Positions 63,677 to 64,000 of a stretch of 64,000 nucleotides of DNA are shown one piece after another (position 1 is the first letter of the stretch; each line of letters begins with the position of its first letter). Below the pieces are notes generated by a model. That model saw nothing but the letters and a program-made list of their open reading frames with translations. It was not told where the DNA came from and did no database searches. The position numbers and the translations under genes were made by a program. The stretch is from an uncultured SAR86 cluster bacterium (lineage in GTDB: Bacteria; Pseudomonadota; Gammaproteobacteria; Magnimaribacterales; D2472). The stretch covers positions 64,022 to 128,021 of the forward strand of contig CACBGD010000001.1 in assembly GCA_902538705.1 (NCBI GenBank), in the 5' to 3' direction.

Positions 63677-64000
63677 ATGAAAAAGAAGCTTTTCGTTAAA
63701 ACTCATGGTTGTCAGATGAATGAATATGATTCTGCAAAAATGATTGATCTTCTCCAAGAAAAAGAAGACTTTGAGCTAGCTGAATCTGAAGAGCAGGCTG
63801 ATCTATTAATTTTGAACACATGCTCAATAAGAGAAAAAGCTCAAGAAAGAGTCTTTCATCAGATTGGGAGATGGAGAAAAATAAAAGAAAAAAATCCTGA
63901 TTTAAAAATTGCTATCGGGGGCTGTGTAGCCTCTCAGGAAGGAGATAAAATTATTAAACGCGCACCATCAGTTGATATAGTTTTTGGACCACAAACACTT
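63677..64000 (+). CDS. miaB: tRNA-i6A37 methylthiotransferase MiaB, N-terminal fragment that runs off the window edge
   Basis: Manual translation gives [26 protein letters not shown]...[15 protein letters not shown]...GGCVASQEG. This is the UPF0004 domain with its three conserved Cys. Confidence 0.9.
   Translation, partial: MKKKLFVKTHGCQMNEYDSAKMIDLLQEKEDFELAESEEQADLLILNTCSIREKAQERVFHQIGRWRKIKEKNPDLKIAIGGCVASQEGDKIIKRAPSVDIVFGPQTL

Overview
This is an origin-proximal core-genome window from an AT-rich, very compact bacterial genome. The gene order matches the Pseudomonas-type gammaproteobacterial origin region. On the minus strand it runs atpA'-atpHFEB, parBA, rsmG, mnmG, mnmE, yidC, rnpA, rpmH, and it diverges from dnaA-dnaN-recF-gyrB on the plus strand. 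The taxon call is an inference from synteny and protein similarity, probably a streamlined marine gammaproteobacterium.

The rest of the window is housekeeping:
- plsC, glyQS, an lpxL-family gene, and trkHA-fmt-def.
- purE-tsaC-hemF-aroE.
- A complete aa3 cytochrome c oxidase structural and assembly cluster: coxBA-ctaG-coxC-SURF1-ctaA-cyoE-SCO1.
- cobB, then a dsbB-pckA-gshA-qor-unknown-kinase run, and polA.
- engB, dsbA, pseudoazurin, and DUF484-xerC-HAD.
- metK-ahcY, tkt-pgk-fba-dtd-LOG, ubiE-ubiB-tatABC, rsgA, orn and miaB'.

I support about 72 CDS. Two are absent from the ORF track because they are under 60 aa: tatA and a YheV-like zinc-ribbon ORF. A third missing CDS is the atpA fragment at the left edge. 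I also adjusted several starts.

Only four gaps exceed 100 bp: 6550-6757, 10026-10185, 25831-25939 and 53124-53287. Many genes overlap at their ends. I found no rRNA or tRNA genes, CRISPR arrays, transposases, phage genes, obvious repeats or recognisable defence islands.

I could not identify a convincing novel multi-gene system, and the window looks ordinary. The points most worth a second look are:
- Two DnaA-box regions that compete as oriC.
- A near-perfect parS inside recF.
- A GyrB that precisely lacks the proteobacterial insertion domain.
- An alpha2-type GlyRS.
- A possible SD-sequestering pseudoknot leader on metK-ahcY.
- A tightly coupled qor-unknown-kinase trio.
- A small protein with a Coq4-like HDxxH-x11-E motif.
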